This document shows, piece after piece, positions 1-8,119 of a stretch of DNA of 64,000 nt. Both the position numbers and the translations under genes were made by a program. The notes beneath the pieces are model-generated. The model saw nothing but the letters and a program-made list of their open reading frames with translations. It had not been told where the DNA came from and did no database searches. Position 1 is the stretch's first letter. Every line of letters starts with the position of its first letter. The stretch lies in the IMG/VR virus record IMGVR_UViG_3300044701_003953, positions 1-64,000 of that record; one strand, given 5' to 3'.

Positions 1-42
1 CTACCAATCCGATAGTGGATTGTATCACAGTTAGTTGGGTTA

Positions 43-131
43 CCATATCCAAACGCACTGGCAGGTCGCTCAAGCCTGCTGTCTGCATTGCCGCGGTTGA
101 TCATTCCGAATCTCAATGCGTTTGGATATAG
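43..131 (-). ncRNA. Long-stem hairpin cassette A (13-bp perfect inverted repeat around a ~59-nt structured insert)
   Basis: atatccaaacgca (45-57) is the exact reverse complement of tgcgtttggatat (117-129); the insert contains a GCAGG/CCTGC stem. Strand inferred from the upstream promoter and attenuator. Confidence 0.55.
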
Positions 132-136
132 TGTCG

Positions 137-211
137 CCATATTGAAACACACTAAACGAGGAGTCCTGTTTCGAACCAGTACCGTCTTATCTCTAATGTG
201 TTTCAATATGG
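137..211 (-). ncRNA. Long-stem hairpin cassette B (15-bp perfect inverted repeat around a 45-nt insert)
   Basis: ccatattgaaacaca (137-151) / tgtgtttcaatatgg (197-211); the stem is homologous to cassette A with compensatory base changes. Confidence 0.55.
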
Positions 212-380
212 TACCACAGCACACAGTCTACAAGAAACTGATTTTGTGGTCAACCATATGACAGGGTCGATACCCTGCCCAGGAGTCTTACAGTCTGCGT
301 TCTCGCCACAGAGTTCATGGATCCTGTCCGCCCGTTTATTTTTTTGAGTGCTTATGGGACCTCGTTTCCGCTTGCACCTT

Positions 381-414
381 AAAACAAAAAACCCTGGGTC
401 TTTCGATCCAGGGT
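381..414 (-). terminator. Rho-independent terminator (attenuator terminator)
   Basis: Minus strand ACCCTGGATC-GAAA-GACCCAGGGT followed by a U-rich tract (TTTTTTGTTTT). Confidence 0.8.
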
Positions 415-445
415 CCTTGTAGAATTCTATGTGTTACAATGAGTT

Positions 446-568
446 CTACTCAGACCCTCCACGATCAAGACGCTCAATCATTAGGGCACTAAAGTTAGGC
501 CAATAGGAATGGCCTGCCTTCGATTGGCATCCTAATGTTGATATGTTTGACAGTTTTGTAGTCATCAT
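446..568 (-). CDS. Putative 40-aa attenuator leader peptide MMTTKLSNISTLGCQSKAGHSYWPNFSALMIERLDRGGSE
   Basis: Translated by hand (below the ORF-track cut-off). ATG lies 7 nt after the -10 box; the last codons overlap the antiterminator strand. Confidence 0.6.
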   Translation of the reverse strand: MMTTKLSNISTLGCQSKAGHSYWPNFSALMIERLDRGGSE

Positions 569-575
569 AGTATCT

Positions 576-604
576 ATTGTATAGTCGTTTTATTTATGTG
601 TCAA
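576..604 (-). promoter_or_regulatory. Sigma70-type promoter TTGACA-17-TACAAT with embedded TAAATA late motif
   Basis: Plus-strand tgtcaa 599-604, attgta 576-581, tattta 591-596. Confidence 0.75.
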
Positions 605-659
605 CCGGTGGGAACCTACAATGTTCTCTATATTTCGTCCGATTTCGAAAATATTTATT

Positions 660-1553
660 CTATTGATCAAATATTCCTAAATTAGTATACCTGTCCTCGC
701 GGTCACAAACTATGGTGACTATAACAGAATCATCTTTAGCGGGCAATGCCAAAGATGCCCAAATATTAGCACCCGACGTGAAACCAGTTTTGATCCCTTC
801 AACTTTGTAGAGTTTTTTAGCCGTTATCTTTGAATCTTTAATAGAAACATCAATCATTCGATCAATGATCGCCTCTCTTCCTACTTGCGGTTCATACCCC
901 GGGCGCCAGCGAGATATGCCCGGAATGACCCAACTTTCTATGTCTGGCCGTACACCAATGATTTCTATATCGGGGTTCATTTCTTTAAGGAATTTACTCA
1001 CCCCGGTGATAGTGCCCATGGTCCCCATGCATGAAACAAAATGCGTGATCTTGCCGCCGGTATCTTTCCAGATCTCGGGTCCAGTTGTACTGTAATGATA
1101 TCTCCAGTTATCGTCATTGGAAAATTGATCTAACATTTTTCCACGACCCAGAGATACTAATTCTTTAGCACGATCTCTCACATCTGCCTGGTCTCCGTCG
1201 ACGATTTCTAGTTCAGCACCATTGGATATTAAAAGATTCTTTATATTTTCATTGACAAATTTAGAAATCACCAGTAAACATTTATAACCTTTTTGCTGGC
1301 AGATCATAGAAAGACTGATACCAGTATTGCCACTTGTTGGCTCTAATAACGTATCTCCGTTGGCTATCTCTCCTCGACGTTCGGCACCCTCGATCATGCC
1401 GATCACTGCTCGATCCTTTACTGATCCGCTGAGATTTTCGCTCTCCATCTTGACGAATAGACGAATGTTTTTGTTTCTATATTCGTCCGGTATTATACGC
1501 TTGAAATTTTTTAAAGAAGTATTGCCTATAGTCATTGGAATATCGACGACCAA
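660..1553 (-). CDS. cysM: Cysteine synthase B (O-acetylserine sulfhydrylase, PLP-dependent); start may be ATG at 1535
   Basis: TIGNT, GSVKDR (PLP lysine), PTSGNTG, DQFSN, HYSTTGPEIW, MGTMGT, IPGISRW and CDREDRY all match CysM. Confidence 0.9.
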   Translation of the reverse strand: MVVDIPMTIGNTSLKNFKRIIPDEYRNKNIRLFVKMESENLSGSVKDRAVIGMIEGAERRGEIANGDTLLEPTSGNTGISLSMICQQKGYKCLLVISKFVNENIKNLLISNGAELEIVDGDQADVRDRAKELVSLGRGKMLDQFSNDDNWRYHYSTTGPEIWKDTGGKITHFVSCMGTMGTITGVSKFLKEMNPDIEIIGVRPDIESWVIPGISRWRPGYEPQVGREAIIDRMIDVSIKDSKITAKKLYKVEGIKTGFTSGANIWASLALPAKDDSVIVTIVCDREDRYTNLGIFDQ

Positions 1554-1804
1554 ATTTTTAGCTTGTCGATCTTTCTTTTTTTAAATTCGATGATGTTTTC
1601 CTGATCGACTACCGTTTGATCAATGAGTATGTCTATCATCGCTAACACATCGGCGATCTCTTGTTCTAACATTTCTTTGTGCGGAATGTTAGTTTTATAA
1701 TGGCGAGATTCTAGCCCAAACCTACGGCATTTACTAACTTCTACGATGACTTCGGCACACTCTTCTTGTAGGATGTCGAGTGCCTGCTGTGTTTTAGCGT
1801 CCAT
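1532..1804 (-). CDS. MazG-like all-alpha NTP pyrophosphohydrolase
   Basis: LQEECAEVI...EQEIADVLAMID (EExxE / ExxD) motif; start trimmed to the ATG of MDAKT. Confidence 0.7.
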   Translation of the reverse strand: MDAKTQQALDILQEECAEVIVEVSKCRRFGLESRHYKTNIPHKEMLEQEIADVLAMIDILIDQTVVDQENIIEFKKRKIDKLKIWSSIFQ

Positions 1805-2555
1805 GTATGACGTGGCGTACTGTATCCCAGAATGCCATCTTATCATCGATAGACTTGTGTCCGGCATCCTGCGCTTCTTGTATTTTTGTCGAATTGCCGT
1901 CGCAGAAAATATTAACTAATTCCACCGCTGCCGGGCCATGATCGTCTGTGTCAACCTCGATATGTCTTTTTAACCAGGCGTAGAACTTAGGTGCTTCTTG
2001 CTCAGTGATGCCTAACTGTTTGACCATGTTCATGTACATTCCGGGGATGACTGTCTCTCGACCGAACGCAAATGCAGCTGCGGCCACATGCGGTTTGCCC
2101 GAATTGATAAATCCAAACGTGCTCTTCATAAAGGCTCGGCTAGCGGCAGGTGCTACTTCCATGGCTTCGTACAAACCTACTGAATGTATGCGTTCAACAA
2201 AGTTTAGCACACGGGTGGGGTCAGCGCCGATCTCTTCCATGGCTTCGATGTAGAGATCGAAGTGACTAATATATCTACCGTCAAAACAATCGCTTTCTTC
2301 GGCCACCATGATCGAGTTGATAAGACGAGCGGCACCATTTTTAGTATACTTGCTGGGTATCCACGGCACTGCGGTTGGGGCCACATAATTCTGCAAGCAC
2401 TTGACCAAGCACATGAAATCCCATACACAATAGACGTGATGTTCCATGAACGTGGCCAATTGTCGCTTATTCTCCATGACATCTGTAGTCAGTAGAGGAT
2501 GATTTTCTAATCGTGTCTGATGTTCACGTATAGCTTCAAGATCCAGCATCTTCAT
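1794..2555 (-). CDS. DUF3050 family protein (heme-oxygenase-like diiron fold)
   Basis: FMEHHVYCVWDFMCLVK, RLINSIMVAEESD, SHFDLY, FAFGRE, LKRHIEVDTDDHGPAA; start trimmed to MKMLDLE. Confidence 0.8.
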   Translation of the reverse strand: MKMLDLEAIREHQTRLENHPLLTTDVMENKRQLATFMEHHVYCVWDFMCLVKCLQNYVAPTAVPWIPSKYTKNGAARLINSIMVAEESDCFDGRYISHFDLYIEAMEEIGADPTRVLNFVERIHSVGLYEAMEVAPAASRAFMKSTFGFINSGKPHVAAAAFAFGRETVIPGMYMNMVKQLGITEQEAPKFYAWLKRHIEVDTDDHGPAAVELVNIFCDGNSTKIQEAQDAGHKSIDDKMAFWDTVRHVIHGR

Positions 2556-2721
2556 TTTTTCCTTGTTCAGACTTCTTAGCACGAGGCGGTTGCAATGTAG
2601 CGGCAATCTCTGCTTCGATGAGAGCACGACGCAAGGCGCCGCGTTCGGGATGATCCCACCATTTTGCAAAATGTATTTTTGATTGCTTTGAAAGTTTGAA
2701 ATTTTTGTTTGGAGATAGCAT
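2536..2721 (-). CDS. Small hypothetical protein (61 aa)
   Basis: Fills the gap between operon genes with tight coupling; start MLSPNK. Confidence 0.6.
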   Translation of the reverse strand: MLSPNKNFKLSKQSKIHFAKWWDHPERGALRRALIEAEIAATLQPPRAKKSEQGKNEDAGS

Positions 2722-2723
2722 TT

Positions 2724-3242
2724 TTATTCCTTCATAAACCCTGAAAAATTGACTGTGCATAGATCACGCATGCCACCATTGACAGTAACGTGAGGTACCT
2801 GGTCGTCCCAGATCGTTCCTTCGCCAACTTGCCAGCCAGCACTGGCGTAAAGTGTGCCGTCTACGGCATACTGTGTTATTTGGCCTATGTCAAACGGAGT
2901 AGCATAGATCACGGCTCGGACCATCCGGCCGGTTTCATTAGGGAACTCGGTACGCAATTTATGGAAAGTATCTGAGTGCAGCGGGATAATCGAGCCTGGT
3001 GGTATCACTATGCTTGAGATAGTCTTAACATCAAACCCAAGGTCCTGGCTGATCTTTTCCATATTAAATTCGTCTGTGTTCCACCACAGCTGATGGATGC
3101 GAGTATTTTCTAAACAATATGAAGATGGAAAGTTACTTCCTTCTTGATACATTTTAGTACCAATAGAACTGACTTCGTTTACACGGTGGTCAGCATTGGT
3201 AAAACGCGATAGATCGAAATCTACCTTGACATTTTTCAACAT
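2724..3242 (-). CDS. Cupin / Fe(II)-2OG oxygenase-like protein (aspartyl/asparaginyl hydroxylase-like)
   Basis: IPPGSIIPLHSD (HxD) and a distal WDDQVPH..NGG motif. Confidence 0.6.
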   Translation of the reverse strand: MLKNVKVDFDLSRFTNADHRVNEVSSIGTKMYQEGSNFPSSYCLENTRIHQLWWNTDEFNMEKISQDLGFDVKTISSIVIPPGSIIPLHSDTFHKLRTEFPNETGRMVRAVIYATPFDIGQITQYAVDGTLYASAGWQVGEGTIWDDQVPHVTVNGGMRDLCTVNFSGFMKE

Positions 3243-3244
3243 TT

Positions 3245-3481
3245 TTATTTTCCTAACAGTTTAAGATTCAAAACGAAATTCTCTACTGTCAACTTTATTA
3301 TGATAGACAGTAGTATCTCGTCTTTATCTTGTTCATCGATATTTTCAAACATCTCAGCCACGCTACATCCGATCATCATGTATGCGTGGTCTTCGCTGAC
3401 ATTTAACATCCCCCAGTCGATGGGATCTGTGATTTCTACTTCGCGAGCGAGATCGACTATTCTGTCGACAGAGATCTTCAT
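3245..3481 (-). CDS. Hypothetical protein (78 aa)
   Basis: Operon-coupled ORF (1-nt overlap with the upstream gene). Confidence 0.65.
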   Translation of the reverse strand: MKISVDRIVDLAREVEITDPIDWGMLNVSEDHAYMMIGCSVAEMFENIDEQDKDEILLSIIIKLTVENFVLNLKLLGK

Positions 3482-4611
3482 CAGCGACGCTCTCTGCCAA
3501 CTCCCTTGTCTGATATTTTTCTTGTTGTTTTAGTTGTTGGTGTGATTTCAACCCTCTTACCGGTGACCGCCGAAGGTGCGGCTATCGGTTTCGAAGGAGT
3601 ACTCGATTTTGCTGTGCCAGCAGAAGAACCGCCCACGGGCATCAATGATACTTTGGGCATGGCTTCCGATTCTGGAGCATAGATATATGTGGTATCGACT
3701 TTGACTAGTCCGCTCATGCTAGGATAGTCACGGAAATATTGTGCCGATTCGCTACGGACATCCATCATCAGGATCCCGTCGAATTTAGAATAGGTCTTGT
3801 AGTTTTCGTAACCAACATTGAGTATAGCTTCACGGATGTCTGCGGCTGTGCTTGACATCAGTGCTTGCTGATATTCGGAATTGTCTGTGTGGTTGAACAG
3901 TCCGTCGGCCATGGCTTTGGTAGTCGATTTCAGCATCTTAGGATCGATCAATGGACGTATGCTGTCTACCCATAGCGCAGGACTGACGCGAGCCGGGATA
4001 GGACCTTCTGGTTCTTTTCCTGTGCTCTTGGTGATGGCATCCACGATAGCCTTTTCTATGCCCGCCATGTCCATAGTGGCTTTGCGAGCATTGATCCAAC
4101 GGCCTCCTGAAGATACTGTCGTTTTGACTTCTACCGCTTGATCGCCGACTTGGATGTCGCCGCCGCCCGCGGCACGGCCACTCCAAGAAATATCTGGGCT
4201 CAAGACAGCCAGTGCTACTTCGCCTGGGCCAACACCTTGGCTGACCAACGAAGTCGATAATGCTTTGAATAATTCGACGTTGAATCCCGGTCCAACTAAG
4301 TCGGCGAAACTATGACCATTGCCATCGAGCAATTTCGCTGTATCAACGATACCTTTAGGAAAGTCTTCTAGGAACTTGTTCTTTTCCTCGATGGGAGATT
4401 TGATCTTGACTATGATGTCAGCGATCTGTTGTACGAAACGCTTGGCATCAGCATCTTTGCTGATGATGTTTTCGATACGTTCCTCGATGTTTCCTGCTTT
4501 GAGTGTGTCTATCACTTTCTGTAACAGACGGTCGTCATCAGTGGATTTCACAGCGGCTACCGCTTGTGCTTTGAGTTCGGGATCTTCAAATATTTGTAAT
4601 AGTTCGCGCAT
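3481..4611 (-). CDS. Hypothetical protein with a PD-(D/E)xK-like motif
   Basis: GPGEVAL...GDIQVGDQAVEVK; TAAATA-N5-ATG start. Confidence 0.6.
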   Translation of the reverse strand: MRELLQIFEDPELKAQAVAAVKSTDDDRLLQKVIDTLKAGNIEERIENIISKDADAKRFVQQIADIIVKIKSPIEEKNKFLEDFPKGIVDTAKLLDGNGHSFADLVGPGFNVELFKALSTSLVSQGVGPGEVALAVLSPDISWSGRAAGGGDIQVGDQAVEVKTTVSSGGRWINARKATMDMAGIEKAIVDAITKSTGKEPEGPIPARVSPALWVDSIRPLIDPKMLKSTTKAMADGLFNHTDNSEYQQALMSSTAADIREAILNVGYENYKTYSKFDGILMMDVRSESAQYFRDYPSMSGLVKVDTTYIYAPESEAMPKVSLMPVGGSSAGTAKSSTPSKPIAAPSAVTGKRVEITPTTKTTRKISDKGVGRERR

Positions 4612-4619
4612 GACTGTAT

Positions 4620-5393
4620 TTATTCTCTACGTTCTATATCGCTTTCATCGCATGCGTCACCGTATTGTATTTCCACTATTTTACAAGGTTCGTCGTAGGG
4701 ATTAGTCAATTTATGCCATTCCCCGCGTGGGATAGTGCGATTCTCGTGTGCGTCTAGCGTCTTCGGTGGCAATGTATACCCTCCTGCCAGCTGCCCATAC
4801 ACATCACATCGTCCGCTAGTGACATGCCAATATTCGTTCCTGTGCGCATGACGCTGTAGGCTAAGACTCTGTTTGGGATTGACTGTGAGTTCTTTTACTT
4901 TAGTACCCGGGACTTCGTGTAACACACGATAATACCCCCATGGCCGTTCAGTCTTGGGAGCCTTCCATTCTTCTAGTATCCACGAGCTTGAATTACCTTT
5001 GTCATGGCCACCAACTCCAAACACGAAACTAAGTCGTGGATCTTGTATCTCCATCTCGGGGATATTTTTATCTGTACGATCACCACCATTAGCGAAGATG
5101 ATTTCGTGGTCTGGGAATAGCTCAAGAGTTTCTTTGATGAAGTGTTTGGCACTACCATCAGCATCTGCTCGATCGTCAAAAAACACGACTTGGTCGACCA
5201 TCTTGAGATTCTGTATCAACTCTGCTCGTTCCCAGACTGGCATGAACGGTCTACCTTTTTTACGAGTCAACCATGCGTCAGAATTGACGCCCACTATCAA
5301 CCGATCGCCAAGAGCCTTCGCGGCACGGAAGTATGCCAAATGTCCCGAATGTAGCGGATCAAAGCCGCCTGTGACTAATACTATTTTTTTCAT
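4620..5393 (-). CDS. Cytidyltransferase-like (RfaE2/TagD) domain fused to a mannose-6-phosphate-isomerase-type cupin
   Basis: GGFDPLHSGH, GVNSDAWLTRKKG, FANGGDR; C-terminal ERPWGYY, SLQRHAHRNEYW, IVEIQYG..ESDIER. Confidence 0.85.
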   Translation of the reverse strand: MKKIVLVTGGFDPLHSGHLAYFRAAKALGDRLIVGVNSDAWLTRKKGRPFMPVWERAELIQNLKMVDQVVFFDDRADADGSAKHFIKETLELFPDHEIIFANGGDRTDKNIPEMEIQDPRLSFVFGVGGHDKGNSSSWILEEWKAPKTERPWGYYRVLHEVPGTKVKELTVNPKQSLSLQRHAHRNEYWHVTSGRCDVYGQLAGGYTLPPKTLDAHENRTIPRGEWHKLTNPYDEPCKIVEIQYGDACDESDIERRE

Positions 5394-6133
5394 TTATATT
5401 GATAAAAATCTTTGTCTAACCACGGGTATATGAGATCTTCTTGCCTTATGTATCCATACCGTGTTATTGAGTCAGCTGCACTCTTATGGAACATTCCGGC
5501 GTCGACGAGATCATAGAGTTTAGTTTTACGAAAATCAAAAGGGTCACGAGTCTTATAGACACCGGCATATAACCAATTATCTTTTCTATAAAAATAAGCG
5601 TCCTGACAGTCAAACCCGGACATGGCTAGCATGTGTATCAAGTTCACTATATTATAGTTATAAAAGGCATTGTTATACGATCTATTAACTATCCTGCCAT
5701 TTAAATTACCCGAATATTCTGGCACTGATAAAATCAACATGCCATTATCGGACATTTGCCGATTCCATAACGCCAGAGTTTCCATGGGCCTGAGTGCGTA
5801 TTGGAAGCTATCATGGCTCCATATAACATCTACTTTGAGAGGCAAAGATAGTTCCTCGAAATCTTTTTCTAGTATCGATATATTTTCATGTTTTTTCAAT
5901 TCGGGATCAAGCCGAGAAATATCTTTATCTAGAGCAACGACTCTCAAATTACGAGGTTCGGGAGGATCTTCTCGTGTTTGTAAAGTTCCCCACCAAAGAG
6001 CGTCAAGACCGGCTCCGCAGCCCATGTCGCATACCGTAGTGATGCTGTCAAGGAAACTGTCGTATTGATAGATAAGATCTAACACATAACGACTATGATC
6101 GTGGCTTTTGTGATTGCTAATGAATGGTTCCAT
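5390..6133 (-). CDS. Class I SAM-dependent methyltransferase
   Basis: VCDMGCGAG motif I; DVIWSHDSFQY motif. Confidence 0.75.
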   Translation of the reverse strand: MEPFISNHKSHDHSRYVLDLIYQYDSFLDSITTVCDMGCGAGLDALWWGTLQTREDPPEPRNLRVVALDKDISRLDPELKKHENISILEKDFEELSLPLKVDVIWSHDSFQYALRPMETLALWNRQMSDNGMLILSVPEYSGNLNGRIVNRSYNNAFYNYNIVNLIHMLAMSGFDCQDAYFYRKDNWLYAGVYKTRDPFDFRKTKLYDLVDAGMFHKSAADSITRYGYIRQEDLIYPWLDKDFYQYK

Positions 6134-6395
6134 GTTGTAGTGTTTCCATGATTACTTTTTTCTTATACTTGTCTAGTCTTGTTTCAAATTGATAACAAGC
6201 TTCTGCTAAATCAACTGACGGTTCTTTGTCAAACGAATATCGTCTTAATAGTGTGGCCCATTCATCGAGTGATTCTCTCGCACATTCGAGATCCACCGAC
6301 GACACTAGATCGGTCCTGGGGCGGGCATTTCTTACAGTCTGCCACTCGTCGAGCAATGATTGGCTCCAAGCCACGAAGTCCGGCATGGGCCTCAT
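6117..6395 (-). CDS. Hypothetical protein (92 aa)
   Basis: Start trimmed to the ATG overlapping the uvsY TGA stop (ATGA coupling). Confidence 0.55.
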   Translation of the reverse strand: MRPMPDFVAWSQSLLDEWQTVRNARPRTDLVSSVDLECARESLDEWATLLRRYSFDKEPSVDLAEACYQFETRLDKYKKKVIMETLQHGTIH

Positions 6396-6844
6396 ACCGT
6401 GACGTCCTCCATGCCAGCAGTCCGCAATCTGACCACGTGACCCAGCATCCATTGTTTGTTTTCCAGTCCCTTCATGAGACCTAACCACTTGTTACGGAGC
6501 AGGGCTACTTCGTTGATGATGGTCTCGAAGTCGATGACTTCGTCCTCGCCATCTACATACTTCTCAGCATCACGTGCGCTGAGTGCGCGAGCATAGTTCT
6601 CTAGATACTTCTGGAAATGCTTACGTCGTATCTTCCTGAGCTGTATGTTAAGGAACTCCAACACCGCTTCAATCTCTTGTAGCTGATTGAATCGATGCTC
6701 AGTGATACCCGGCATCTCTTTGAGGTTCTTTTCTACCAAGCCGCCGATCCTGGCGTCGTTTTTGGCCACTGATAGCTCACCTTCGTAATAATCGATGAAG
6801 GGAGGTATGTTACCTAGGTCTGCGACTATCTTGTTATACCACAT
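6392..6844 (-). CDS. uvsY: Recombination mediator UvsY
   Basis: YLENYARALSARDAEKYVDGE and KQWMLGHVVRLRTAGMED typical of T4-like UvsY; near uvsX. Confidence 0.8.
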   Translation of the reverse strand: MWYNKIVADLGNIPPFIDYYEGELSVAKNDARIGGLVEKNLKEMPGITEHRFNQLQEIEAVLEFLNIQLRKIRRKHFQKYLENYARALSARDAEKYVDGEDEVIDFETIINEVALLRNKWLGLMKGLENKQWMLGHVVRLRTAGMEDVTV

Positions 6845-8119
6845 TTATATATCCAAATAAGGAAACAGGGATCGCCAATCGGTCCCGCGACGTCGGTCGA
6901 TCTCGTCGAGATAGATCTTCATCTTATCGACTTCTTTACGGTTGAACTCAGTGACATCTAATCTCGCTTTCATGCCTTCCATGCGTTGCCTTGCTTCTCG
7001 TTGCTCAACAGTATCCGACGGCATGGCATCAAATATCCTGCGCCAATCATCTTGCCAGAACTCCCCGCCATATATCTCTGGATGTAGATAACTATGTCCA
7101 GTGGCGTATTGGAAATAATGACCGATGTGCCTAGTGTCATTATTACTGTAAAAAGTGATTTTGTCAATGAGATCAGGCATCGTTCTCATGGTCAAGGGAG
7201 TCACGGTCTGGTTCACGTTGAGCGTGATCCATTCCTGCTCGGCGACCCAAGCAAAGTTGCGTTCAAATAACTCTAAATCCAATCCCGATCGTGTATATTC
7301 GATCTCTGGTCCCCATGCGTCGATGCTGGCTGTGAAATCGAAACGAGATATCTTGTCCTGTTCATACAGTCTTTCGATATCGCCGATGTACTTACGGAAC
7401 ACCTTTTCTGGTACGCTGAAGTTAGAGAATATACCTAACTCGAGCTCAGGATTAGGGTGTTCGTCTAGTATGCCGATCACACGTTCGATCAACTCTTTCT
7501 GGACCAGTGTCTCTCCACCTAGCAAGTGTAGACGCCGTAGTTCATGCCCTTTACGCTCTAGCCACGAGTAGAACTTTTCGAGATAGAGATCGTCCTGTGG
7601 GTTCTTGTCTATCTTGCCAGGGATCCAGACACCGTTGCGATAGAATTGCCCGAACTTGACATTTTCCTGTTCGATCTTGGAACTTAGGTTCCCTGAACAG
7701 TATACGCAGGCCAGGTTACAAGTGTTCTTGGCGAATATCTCTACTATGCGTGGCGTGACGTGTGTAGCTGTGGGATCTGTAGCGAGCTCGGGTGGCGTCA
7801 ATCCGGGTATGTCTAGGTTGTGCTGTCGATCGCTCCATCCACCGGCTCGTTCGGTGTCACGGCAATACTCGCAACCATACCCCGGCCATTCACCGCGCAA
7901 CATAGCTTCGCGATCGCGGATCTTTTCTGGCAGATTATGGAAATCGTCGGCTTGGTCCAGGGTCATTGGCCAAGGTTGTACACGGTGGCAAGAAGATGAA
8001 GCACCCTGGTTTAACCAGATAGTGCTCCATGTCCATTTGCTCTGACAGGCTGTTTCGGTCTTGATCGGAAAGAAATCGCGATCAGTGAAGACTTTGGCTG
8101 GTTTGATATTCGCCATCAA
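6845..8119 (-). CDS. Radical SAM protein with N-terminal Cys-rich (twitch/SPASM-like) region
   Basis: CNLACVYC (CxxxCxxC), GGETL, additional SCHR and CEYC motifs. Confidence 0.85.
   Translation of the reverse strand: MMANIKPAKVFTDRDFFPIKTETACQSKWTWSTIWLNQGASSSCHRVQPWPMTLDQADDFHNLPEKIRDREAMLRGEWPGYGCEYCRDTERAGGWSDRQHNLDIPGLTPPELATDPTATHVTPRIVEIFAKNTCNLACVYCSGNLSSKIEQENVKFGQFYRNGVWIPGKIDKNPQDDLYLEKFYSWLERKGHELRRLHLLGGETLVQKELIERVIGILDEHPNPELELGIFSNFSVPEKVFRKYIGDIERLYEQDKISRFDFTASIDAWGPEIEYTRSGLDLELFERNFAWVAEQEWITLNVNQTVTPLTMRTMPDLIDKITFYSNNDTRHIGHYFQYATGHSYLHPEIYGGEFWQDDWRRIFDAMPSDTVEQREARQRMEGMKARLDVTEFNRKEVDKMKIYLDEIDRRRGTDWRSLFPYLDI

Noticed and set aside
43-211. CRISPR array
   Set aside because: The repeats are inverted pairs enclosing inserts, not direct repeats with uniform spacers; only two units are visible and no cas genes are in the window.
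1-380. Canonical tRNA genes
   Set aside because: T-loop-like strings occur (GGTTCGAAAC, GGGTATCGACCC), but no complete cloverleaf with D-arm, anticodon loop and acceptor stem could be built by hand.
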